Part shown: in pieces, positions 13,005-25,354 of the stretch
How positions within the stretch are numbered: position 1 is the first letter of the stretch
Layout: each line of letters opens with the position of its first letter
Position numbers and translations under genes: made by a program
Notes under the pieces: model-generated
The model's database searches: none
Told to the model about the DNA's origin: nothing
Seen by the model: the letters and a program-made list of their open reading frames with translations, nothing else
Assembly: GCA_040954595.2 (NCBI GenBank)
Contig: CM082595.2
Coordinates: 5,916,137-5,980,136, forward strand
Direction of reading: 5' to 3'
Length of the DNA: 64,000 nucleotides
Source: Balanoglossus misakiensis
Taxonomy: Eukaryota > Animalia > Hemichordata

Positions 13005-14344
13005 ATTGTCGTACAGTACAAAGTTAAGCAGATGTGAGCCACTGCAAACCCCTTGAGAGACATGAAGTGAAATATCTGTAATAAATTTGAAGCACCGCTT
13101 TGGCGTTGCTGTTCGCAGAAGGCCAAGGTGCCTCCATTTCATAGAGATTCTGCACATTACAATTAATGTTTTCCTTCAATATAAAGAGAGGATATATGCT
13201 TTAGAATGGATCCTTGCATTGCGTGTAGACAGCCTGCTGGATCAACATGATGTATTTGTTTGAGTGTGGAAATGCGAAAAATGTAATGATACTTTGCTTT
13301 ACACTTGTTTTTTTCTTCTTCTGTAATCCTGAGAACTCACTGAAATCACATGATGAAAGTTCTCAGGATATCAGCTCATGGTGAGTGATGTGTGTAAGCT
13401 CGGTTGTGCATTTCCCACTTTGTATTTCTGTTAACCACAACCTTGTCTCAGGACGTGGTCTCATTCTCGCGTATGGATGCGTGTGGATGAATAATGTTAA
13501 TGGCGTTTGGTAAACACGACCATGGCGGTGGTCAAGTGAAGTCATGATACACATTCCTGGCATTAGGCAGCCACGCTTCGCTGCCGCCACAATATGTGAC
13601 AGCAACACTAAACGGATGCCAAAAATCCCTATATGATGTGTCGTTGATATAAGGCATAACTAAATGTGTTCATGCAGAGAATGTTGATGTCGTTTCAAAC
13701 AATATAATATACATTCTGTCGAGAAAATCAATCTCCAAGGACAATTTTAGCTTATGATCACACAGAAGTAAGACACTAACTTTGTAGAACATTCATTAGG
13801 CAAGAAAAAATGCTGTTACCCTTGGATAGCCTCCCCTAGTGATTTGAAATATTCGGATGGTTAAAAACTCCCAGAACTCGTTCTCCACCCCGTCCTGTTC
13901 CGCTGTATCCCCAGGAGCTTCTGAGACAAATTGAATGCTTGCACTGGGTAATATCATTTGCTTAATTCAAAACTGCACAAACATAACCTTATTAGAATTA
14001 GATTGAGATAAAATGATATTTTATTTTGTGCAATTCTGTTGATGAAACGGTCTGGTGGAAAACTATGATTTGGCGGGGATATCTCCTGACTACAAGGCTT
14101 TCATTTAAGCATTATACATTTTGCAATCAGGTACTTGTGTTGGCAGTGTCTTGTAAGATGTAGTTCGATGTCCTCCGGGCGATATGCTAGAGATTTCACC
14201 AGCAGCCATATTGACTCAACGAAAGCTGGTGTCAGAATATTCATTGCTCACTCGGTCACATAGTTTTTACCCGGGAGAGCATTAGTTTATTTATCGGGCG
14301 GAAGAAATCTTTCAGCACCAACACAAAGAGGCTGTTCAGTAACA

Positions 14345-14808
14345 CAGGTTATGTTAGTAGATGTATAATAATGTACTATATTTCAAATAAATGCTAAATA
14401 CTAATTAAATATTAATCGATGATTAAGACCATTAAGAAATATATAGAAAACAAAGGAATGTTACTTTGGCGAATGTTTGTCTATACAATCAATGAATATT
14501 AACGGTACTTAAAAGATCTGTGTTCAAATTTACTAAACATGTCAGCTTAATGCTATTACGTTATAGCGTTCTCATATTACTTAGCGTTGGTTGTTTGTAT
14601 AATTCTCATTCGATATTGCTATCATATAACCACACTACTTTCTGACCTTCGGCTTTGTGTAAATCTCTTTCGCGATTAAATGCCGTATATCACATCGCTA
14701 TCTTTGACTGCCAGCCGCGAATTTCTTGCCCAGTGCAGTGTGGTTGCACAAGACATAGTTTGAACCACATGAAATCAGTACCACATGAACTGATGACGTG
14801 TATGAACT
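14345..14808 (+). repeat. ~460-bp direct repeat, copy 2, flanked by a 12-bp direct repeat
   Basis: Near-identical to 12544-13004. tgttcagtaaca is present at both 14333-14344 and 14809-14820. Confidence 0.9.
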
Positions 14809-17800
14809 TGTTCAGTAACAGAACGACCAGGCATCAATTATCTGTATTCACTTTACATAGCACCATAAACCGATATAGACAGTGTAAAGCTTGTATAGTG
14901 GTACCGTGGACGAACTTCATTTGGCTAATAACAGGCTTGTAAATGTTTTATGAGCGAGCTGCCCTGGCAAGAACAGTGTAATGAATAACACTGGAGAAGT
15001 GTGTCATTTCAGTTCGTTATTTCCAGCCATGGAATCAAAATAAGAATGATGGGAGCGTATTTACCGCATCAGGATTTAATATATCAAATGCTTTCTTTAA
15101 AAGTTTTTGATTTAATATCGGAATGTACTCAGTCTCCAAGAAGATAAATTTTCATCTCTTTCAAAGTGGTTTGGTTTTCCAGGATTTTTTCTCCCAGTCT
15201 CCTTAGGAAGTACTCAACTGAGACCAGAAATATTGCAGAGAAATGAACCTAGTAATTCTAACAGATTGCGGCATGTCTGATAGCAACGAAAGGCGGAATC
15301 AATCGGAGAACGTTTAATCTTGTTGTTTGGAAACCTATAATAGCCACATCACAAGTGGGGAGCTTGACATGCGATATAAATGATAGCGATCCTCTTGTAC
15401 TTGGTCTACATAAACTCGTCTTTCCTCACGATCATAGCGCTGACCTGAATTTGCAGTGCTTGAATCACCATCGTGTTATCTTTCAAATGGGGGATAGTAA
15501 TGGGTATCTGGGGCCGTGACCTTTGCCCTAATTATCGACCCTGCCATGGGCAATCGCGTGAAACACACGAGCGTTGTGCATCATTTCAGTTTTATCGTAA
15601 TTGGTTTAACTTTTCAACTATCCTGTGTCATCGCGTTTAATGCCAATGTGTTGTGGAGTGACGTAAATTAACACCAGTTTTACTGCAAGCCAGACACAAA
15701 ATGTTCTGTTCAAACACTGTTAAATTTATCTAATCGGTGTTGTCCTTAGGGTTAACATAAGCCTGTCATATTTAATGGTCTGCCTGAAGAGCATAGAAAC
15801 TTTAGTACTTCAAGTTGCAGAGCGGGATAGACCGAATGTTTATAAAATGCAACGGAGAAGTTCAAAGTTTAGTGAGAATGTGAATTTTTTTAGAAATTTA
15901 TTTCGTGATACAAAACTTAGAAACAAGTGATGAAAACGTGTAGGTTTGAAATATTGCGTCTTTCTGATATTTTTATGGTTTGTGATGATTTCTGTCCGTT
16001 TTGAGATTATTGACCCGTGTTTAAATTTCGTGTGCTGAAAGCACTGAAATTTAAGTGCGTAGTTTTAATGTCAAATAAAATGCCATAAAACGCTCAGGGA
16101 AAAAATAATCACTCAAAATTTAAAAGTGCATTGTCTTGCACTGAGATGATGTGTAGTATGGTGTTATGTAGTGTGGTGTGTTTACTGAGACACAGCGAGA
16201 GACTCGCGAGAGAAAAATACATTCTGACAACAATTGCCTATATTATGTAAAAAGGTTTTAATACAAAGATACACTTAGAGTCACCACTGCGACATTTTAC
16301 AATATTCTTGAAAGGTATAAGGAGACCCTTGTGAAACCGATCAATAGTATTATGCAATCTAACATGATATTTCTTAATGCGTTAATACTCAAAGTCGATT
16401 AGTATACACAATGAGTGGAAAATTTAATTTTGTGTTAAATATTTGATTTTAATTCTATTGTGGTATTCAGGAAACGTAACCAGCTTCCCAGCAACCCCTG
16501 TTTCTATTTTTAGAAAGCTGAATGAAACGATCATTACAATTAACCTTGTATCTTATTTTGGGACAACATTTTGTTTCCGACAATGCTATCTATTTTTATT
16601 GCGGATAGGCCAAGTTAATTATTATTCTATCCGCATGTCATGTTTCTATTTCGATAGGCAGTTGCTGTCTCAGTGCGAAACATAGAACACGTACCTTCTT
16701 GTATTCATCTTACAAATGTACTACAGCGAGTCATGGGATTGTGATGGAATCGCACTGCTATCTATAGTGTGACGTGTACAGATGAATTTCACTTTTCAAC
16801 AGAATGATAATTCCCAAGCTCTGGCCAAAACCGAAGCTTTTAAAGCATTTCTCAAAGGCGCGGATCATTCTTCACTTTGTGCACTGTGGTCAACAGTTTT
16901 GGCGGGGGCCAATTACACTTACAAGGCCACTGTAACACGTTCCATGAGATTTCTATTCACATCGGCCAGTTTTGATACAGAAATAAAGTACCCATCAATC
17001 ATCATTTGTCAAAGTCACTGCAACAAAATCCATGAAGATTATGCCAATTCACGAACTCGTTGTCAGGTATATCAGAACACAGAGAGTCAGGGGAGCTTAA
17101 ACTGGGAGTCAGTTTACACATTGATATTTGGTCAGTAATCAATGTTTATCAAAGTTAAACCGATTTACTTGCAGTGTTCTTCAACGTGTCGCTCAGCTGT
17201 CGAGGCTATGTGCGCAGAGTACTGTAAGTGTAATGTGATATGTAGAGATATCCCTAACTCGGACACATGTTTTGTCCACAAACGGACGCATATGCGGGCA
17301 GCGATATAGTTTTGAACGGAATGGGTACCGTAACTTTGACGGTAACACGTCGTATATCTCACTACAGTCAAGAGTTTTATATATATAAAAGTAACGTGGA
17401 TGTTCTGTTTTTTTCCATGCTGTGGTTGAATTTAGCTCCCTGTCCTTTTTTGGCAAGCGCTGCTAATTTGAAGTGTAATCGCAACGATTTACCAACAGAA
17501 GTATAGTTTCCCGAACTTGTTTTTATTACCATTTAGCAGTGAAAAAAGAACGTTTGGTTTCCTTTCCCTATTTTCTGATCTTAATTGTACATTCAAGTAC
17601 ATCAACTAATATGTTTCATAGCGAATAGGAATCGACAGACGAATGTGGCTTTAGCTTGAGAGTAAACCATAGTCATATGTACAACATTTGTGGCCCAACG
17701 ATATTGAGATTTCTTTTATCAGTGCTCCAAATGGCACAAAGTGCAGAATCTAAGGTATGCTAGGACATATGCATTAGGAGAAAACCTAGCTGACAAGCTG

Positions 17801-20800
17801 CACCATTGTGAAAAACATTCTGACACTAGCTTCGAGCTATTCGCGCTTATATAAACGGCGCTATATTATGTATACGTACATGCCACAGCCGAGAAAAATT
17901 GAAGTTCACTTGATGGATGGTTGATCCGGTTTCATTCATTTCATTATTAATACATTCTCCTGTCGCAGCTGTCATTAGAAAGAAAGTCATTGTTCATTTG
18001 TATCAGGTGTTCGGAGATCTCTGCTAGTGGTTCGATGTCTGGTTTTGACCATTATTCTGTTGCATGGGGATCGTTACTTGTTTGTGGTTCACGCGGTCCC
18101 TGGCATCTTGTGTTTTGGCGTCGGCATAATTATCTCCTATTCACAGGGAGAACAGATGGATCCATAACAAGCGTTCTCTGATAGAGAGAGAGAGCAAGCC
18201 ATGGCAATGCTTACCCTATTCAGTGATGTAGATGTTCTTACCCCGATTCGTGAGCTGTGTGGCTTTTGAATATTCTGTCCGCTTGGGAAAAACGAATGTC
18301 AATGGAAGTGCTCATGTTTGAGCTCTGTTTATTTCCCACCCAGGAAGAACTGCTTGAAATAAATCCTGGAAGGGCTATGCCAGAATCTCGTTGCTTCCAG
18401 CATGTGTGGCATATACTGTACACTCTTATTCGCCTACCATCAGTATTAGTGGAGACAATTAACTTACATATCCCTAAATGACAGTGGTAGACACTATACC
18501 AATTTCTATGTTGCGCATCTAAACATATCAATATGATTCGTCAGAGCAATGATCACGCTAGCGTGTGCAACCACCTGGCTTATTTGCATTCTTAATAGAA
18601 ACAAAATGAAATGGAAACTCGGGTCAAATGCAAGAAACACACAGGAAGCACCCTTTGTCCAGAACCGTGTCTGTCTCTTTCAGAAGCATTCAGTTCAGAA
18701 ATGGAAATTTATCAAGTAAACCAAAGGGAGGGGAAATGACATAGCACGAGGCAATTGTTGCATTCTGGAGTGAATAAAACGGCTTCAAACAGCAGGAAAT
18801 CAGACCGCCAAAGCGTATGACTGTTTTTTAATTCAATCCCGATTTGATAAAACATTTACTTTTCTCAGAAAAGCCTCTTGTCATGGCAAGTGATAGGATA
18901 AAGGCGTCACAAGGAAGGCCGGGCTTTATGAGTGCACCATCAAACCTCGCAGCAGCCGTAAGGATTCCATTAACCACGGTTTGTTTGCTTCATGGCCAGG
19001 AAACTGATCATTGTAAACACGAATTCGATAGACTGATATTTGACAGCGTGTCGGATGTGACGCAAATTGGCGAAAGTTGATATATACCTGATGAAGAATT
19101 AGTTAGTGTTCCTTTGAATAAACAGTTTTATGAAGAAATGAAGGCATACGTGGCGATCTTGTTTTATGACGTTCCGAATAATAAACCAGTCACTCATCCA
19201 GGTCATCGACTTTTTGATAACTATACATATGCCAGGACAATTAGCAAAACCACAATTGCTTAATATCAACTACAAACTAATCAATGTAATTCCTTAAATT
19301 TTGCAGAAACCAAATTTACTGAATATTTTTTTCTCCGGGGCGATTCAAACGAGCATGTGCATATTTATATTGATGATGTTTTTATCCACATGCATATCTT
19401 CAAATTGACCAGCTACCATACACTGATTTAATGGTTTATGATGGCTTTCACACGACTTTTGTTGGTTTTCTTTGTATCACATTATCTGTGTCTGTCGAAT
19501 ATTCTCGCGTTAAACTCAAACGCCAGACACGTGTGAATGCAAAAAAAGACATTCACAAGAAAAATAAAACAGGAATACGTATGTGACCAGCATAGACGCA
19601 CACAAGGTCGTTAAGAGGCAGTAAAACAAAACTGGAAATTGATTAACTCGGATTAATTGGATCCTTATGGGCAAAGTAAATGTGAAATATAAATTGATCA
19701 TAAAACGTCGTCTCACGAAAATTGGTCTCAAGGAAACTCGCCACTCTATACCTTTGAGGGGATTAATCAACATTTGACTCTACTGCTACCACGCTAATTG
19801 CTACCATGGCTACTTCTGTTTATCCAAAAATCGGATTGCTACAAAAAGACTTCTCTTTTCCTCATGGGAAGGCTTGTTTTCGTTCAGTCATTATTGAATT
19901 TTGTCATCAGAATCTTTAATTAGTCTCCCTGGTCTGTCATTGGACTCTCTGCCTTTTTCACTCCACAATGAGGATGGTGGAATTTCCCCTGGCACTGGTA
20001 GACTCTAATGTTATAACATGCAGATGGTGATTACAGTGTTATGTGCACTTGTTAACCAGGAAGGAAAGCAGGGTTCGATCGAGGGCGGTTTTAAATATTG
20101 CAGTTGGCCTTTATAGATTGCGTTACACCTACACACAATGTACTACAATACTCTACAGACCTTTTACGAAGGTACACAGTAATTCTAAATTAACAAGTGA
20201 AGATGCCAAATTTCCTTCTAAAAAGGAAAGCCAAATGACCATCGATCACATGTGATGGAAGTGTGAGGGCGCTACAACTACACATTTAATTAATAGCACG
20301 AGATATTAATGACTACATAATTTTCATTTCACCAAGCACAATAATATATGTGTATATGCTAAGTGCATGTAAGTTGCATATATGCACGTAGCATTGTTCC
20401 AATTAGCAATGTGTTTTTGAATATAAGTATAGTTAGATGTCTATGTGTTGTACATTATAAATACACCTGGATTACAGGTACACAAGGGCCCAAAGCTTAA
20501 TTCAGTTGTCCCAGAAATGTGTAGAATTAGGATTGCAGGTATAAAATTCCTTAGGTACTTTTTAAACAATGGTTTGGAGGGGTACATTTGCCATTTTGGC
20601 ATTCATGAGAAATTCGTCGAGCTCACCCATCATAAAAACTGAAAACCCCATTACCGCTTACTATGAACCAGTTAATTGCAAAAGCAATGTGTGCTAAGAC
20701 AAGTTAAAATGAAACGTGGGTGGACAAAGCTGTCCAATACTTGGACGTTTCCATATGGTGATGCTAATTTACACATCAGACATACTTTTTGCTTGGCTAC

Positions 20801-22133
20801 ATTTACTGTGTACGTTACTTGTTAGTTCTATTATGCGTTGCATAAAGAACCTGTCACGTTTCATCTTCTTTGACTTGATGGATGTGGAAGGGATTTATAC
20901 ATCTCAATTTATTTTATTGGTAAGCACATCTGTTAGATTTCAGGAGTATGATGCTAACCTGCTGTGTGTATGTGCAAGTCCTCCAGTATACTGCTACCGT
21001 TTTATTGGGGTTATTCACTGCTTATGTTTATTCCCGGTTGGAGAACCTCACTCTTGTAGTTACTAAGGGGCAATAATTACCCTCGTGCTACATAAAAAAC
21101 AAACAGCAAACGCTGTTGAGGATCTCTCCGTGTGTCCTGTCCTGGCAGTAGATATAATCGGCAATTTCCCCTCTTCCAAGAGAGAGAGCCCTGTAATTGA
21201 AACCACATGTGCAACATGTCCGGATATGTCTGAAGTCTTCTGATCTGATGGTACGTTCAAGCGCTTGGTTTCTTTTTCGAATTCCTGGGAGGAATAAGGT
21301 TCCAATGTGGAGTTGGTTGGGAAAATGACAGAGTGGTGTCTCCATATCGCATTATGCGATAGCTTTAACTTTAATTTCTGAACCAAATAATCGGAATGAA
21401 TTGTCGACAGGGAATTTCCTTCTTACGCCACGCTGGAGTTTCATTTGGCATACCGTACTATGTAAGCGCAGTAAAATATCACTGTCAATAGCAATGTTCT
21501 TGTGCCAAAATTACCAGTGGTGTGCCACAGACAATGAATATTAACACACCATGACATACCTATAATCCTCAATGCTACATTATTAAATAGGAGCCGCGAC
21601 TGTTGCATCAAAACAAAGTCATTGTAAATTTACAGAAGGATAAATCTCAATAAATAGATAACATTGTAGATTAAATTAACTTTATTCAATACACAATATG
21701 CGCATATATTACTGAATCATCATAGACATTGTTTTCAAAGTGTAAACGCCAAATGTAAGGTTCTGCGAGGACAGTAAATTGTTTCAGAAGCTGACTTAGC
21801 TATCAAGAATAGAGATATTGATACACTGGGTAGAATAACTTGATCTGGAGTGACTCCATAGCTTTGAAAGTGGTCATTAAGGTGGTATTTCCTACGGTGT
21901 CTAGTTAAACATACATTAGTGTCAAGTGTACTCTGATGTAAGAGTTAATCAAAATAGCTGACTATGTTTACACACACGAACATGTTAATAGTCCATGGCC
22001 CCAAAATTATTCATTGCCTCTTTCCTTGTACTGAATTCCGTCCAGTGACATGAACCTTAGTCGTTTGTCAAATGCGATAGTTTAGAATGTAGACTCGTGA
22101 GTTTCTTCGCTATGCTCCTCACGTGGTATAGAA

Positions 22134-22378
22134 TTTTGGACTTTATTTTTGATTTTTTGCTATATCAACAGACTCTAACCATGGCAACTTAGGTCACTGC
22201 TCACCATGTGGTCATGATCATGACATTTAAGAAGTCAAGCATAACTTGATCTACTACTGATTGGCTGCATTAATGAGCAGGGGTGTTGCTCAATATCATG
22301 TGAACTGAGTTGCCATGGCTAGAGTCCTTTGACATGCAAATAGCAAAAGTAGCAAAATTTCAAAAATAAAGATCAAAA
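22134..22378. mobile_element. Degenerate inverted-repeat element (old MITE)
   Basis: Left arm ttttggactttatttttgattttttgcta...gactctaaccatggcaacttaggtcac pairs with right arm gtgaactgagttgccatggctagagtc...tagcaaaatttcaaaaataaagatcaaaa. No TSD resolved. Confidence 0.6.
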
Positions 22379-25320
22379 CGCTAGACAGTGACACGATAAC
22401 TCTGATATCTGCCAAGCCTTGGCAAGACTTGTCATCTATTACATGACAATCTAATTAAGTGACCTGTAGCCTATACCGATATTTCAAATGTTGAGGGGAA
22501 TAAGAAACTATGTTTTCATATGAAAGGTTGAACATGCTATGCAAGTGGGCAGACCCTTTACTTCGTGCAACAAATTTTCACGCCATTACTGAATTATAAT
22601 GATGCTACCATATATAGTTTTGCTTCCAAATACCAGTAATAGTTTGTGAGAGACACGCATATTTCTTTCATTTTTCTACTGCGATTAAAGCATCAGTCAT
22701 TGAAGACCAGTCCACCTACACTGGGATTATTGGCGGATTTTTGTCTTAAAGATATCATCCAACATTTCAATGAAACGTGATTTGTAAAGAAGCTTGTCCT
22801 AATGGTTTTTTGTGACGTGACTTTACATGCTGTGTACAAGACACACTGTCTGTTTGAAAATGTGTTATTTGGTGTTCGTCTGGGCTCAAAACAAGTTGTT
22901 TCCTCAGTAGAATTGGCTGAAGGTTTGTTTTTATTTGAGTACACATCCCGAGTCTTGATACTGGGAATTCTCAATTCAAATATCAAGACCATCTGTACCG
23001 GTATTCATATCATCTATAAAAGAAAAAAATATTAGTTATAAACATATACCTGGCACATTTCACGTACATATGGAAGCAAAGTGATTTTTTCTTTGGCTTG
23101 AATCTCGTGAGAGATGCATTTAAAGTTTATATAGATTAGTGTATATGATTGAATTCGCCGTCTGTCTGGGTCCAATCATGTCATCAAGGCAGGCAATGAA
23201 CAAGCAAATCTCGTTTTAATGACCAAATAAAATTTTCTGTCTGCACTTTATGCCGTAAGAAATGAAATTAAATAACTAGGCCTTTATGTACACTGCAGAT
23301 TGCTGGTTTCATCTGCTGTGATTTCTCTCATTGTCAGCGGCGGCTTGTTGTGTTTTGTAGTTCCACTGAGTGAACATGCTGTCGGATTAAAGAACAAAAG
23401 TCTTCAGGGAATTGAAAAAAAAATCACACAATCAGCCTTGCTGCTATGAATGTCACCGTTTCGATTTTAAGATAACGTTAATAATCCCTGACTTTTCCAA
23501 CCACCAAAGAAGTCATCCAGTTGTATTCTGAGCTGAAGACTATTGGTCATTATATTGGCATAAAAATGTAATAAAGCTGGATGTCGTCTTTATAAGGTTT
23601 AAAAATATAGCTTTACAATTCTGATGACATATCTGGAGCTGTCAAATTCCAGAGTACTGGGTATATCTGTGGCCACAGCGTCAAGATAAAGCTGTTTTTC
23701 AACATCTAACTTAGCCTATCCATCATTTTGGACAGACACTGCAAGTCGATTACTTACCTCACTCAGACATTATCATTAGGTTGATATAACTTGGGGTCTA
23801 CGTTCGCGTGTGTGTGTTAGAGTCAAGTTACTGCAAGTGGCATGCACCTCCAGGCTATTCTGCATATGTGTTAGAAACACAAACACGGCGTTCCCCAGTT
23901 TGTCATACCATTTGCGATCACTTACTCTCCCCCAAAGCAATACACGGCTTTTTTACACATTCGTCCTCGAGCGAATATTGGAAAATTACATCACATTTGT
24001 CGAGTGTAAGATTTACTAAAAGTGGAAACTCTGTATATATGCTTTGGGGTTGACTTCCCATTGAAGCAGCATAAATGGTTCATTAACATTATATCTGATG
24101 AGCAAGTACCAGAGAATTATTTAAACCTTGTTCGCTGGCCCTTGTTTAGATTCTGTTAAATATTCAAATAACCATGTTTAATAATGATATCCCTATGTTA
24201 ACTGTATACTTAAAGTCTCTCTAAAGTGACTGTGTTCCCGAATCATTCTGTATACTAGCAATCGTTACCAGCAACATCAGGAGGTAAATAAGACATACCA
24301 AAGCGAGGGTAGATTTCACAGCGGCACTTTGTAGCGTCAAGCGCAATGATGTTTCATGTGAGGAAAGCGAAACAAGTCGGCCTTGTAGTGGTAGTTACCG
24401 AACCATATCGAGTGCGGTTTACATCCCTTAATGTTCCGTTATCCCCGGCACTTCAGATACCCACGTGTGGCTTAGATGAAATATTACCATCTGATCCCCC
24501 GAATGCTTAGGCAGTGACTCATAACATCGTGAAATAGAACGCGGGTGAGGATTTCGTTTGGCATTTTCGCGTCCCGCCATGGCTGCAGAGCCCGGCTTAT
24601 CTTGTCAGCACGCTGGGGCCATTAGAACCGTGTGTTTGTTTTGTCCATATGACGCATGCTTCGCGGTAGAGCGTTTTTGATGATACGTACCGATAAGGGC
24701 ATATTACCACTGATTGAAAAATCGATGCGCACTGTGTTCGTGTTGGAGGGGGAACCGGGAATTCATCACTCTGTCAGTGGACTGGGAACACGAATTGGCC
24801 AAAACTTCCAATTTTGTCAATCAGATGGAACATATACAATGATAACAGAACCCAGCAGCTTATACGCTTGATCTGTCAAACAATACAGATGTATTGCTGG
24901 TGGAAAGTCTATCCTTCCGTAGTGATTTTTATCAGTGAATTTAGGTATTTCTTCAAATGTGGCAAGTATTCTCATTGAGATTTCAGGTGATCGGACTGGA
25001 TTTGTTAACGTTGCGATATCAAAATGATCTTTCCTGGGTTTGAGTCCAGTTAGTGTTTGTTTTCTTTAAACCCTTTAAGCCTATGAACGTTGAAATGCTT
25101 TTAAGCCAGAAAATACCTGGATTACCATCTCGTACGCATATTGTGATTTCAATGGCATACAAATAGTTTGAACGTGATGAAGCAGTGCTTACCCGAAAGG
25201 CGCGGGGGTGTTTGTGATTTTTTTATCAATAGAAACGTTACCTTTCCTTAAGAAGTGTCACTGACCCAAGTCAACAGAGGGCGCTATACATTCTTTCCAT
25301 AGCAACATATCCAATATTGC

Positions 25321-25354
25321 AGTAAACCATAGACCCTAGAGTCTATGAGTAAAC
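25321..25354. mobile_element. 20-bp hairpin (CATAGAC...GTCTATG) between 7-bp direct repeats; probable DNA-transposon footprint or minimal element
   Basis: agtaaac-catagaccctagagtctatg-agtaaac. Confidence 0.55.

Noticed and set aside
12544-14808. Paired direct repeats as LTRs of a TRIM/LTR element
   Set aside because: No TG...CA ends, no PBS/PPT seen, and no 4-6-bp TSD around the pair; only the second copy has flanking direct repeats.
21063-21386. Minus-strand ORF with VAHVV (TNF-like motif)
   Set aside because: No other TNF-domain motifs or matching downstream exon; likely chance.
23280-23449. Hydrophobic + strand stretch LLVSSAVISLIVSGGLLCFVV as the TM exon of the TNFR-like gene
   Set aside because: Poor acceptor (no pyrimidine tract), 16 kb away, and no basic stop-transfer residues directly after it.
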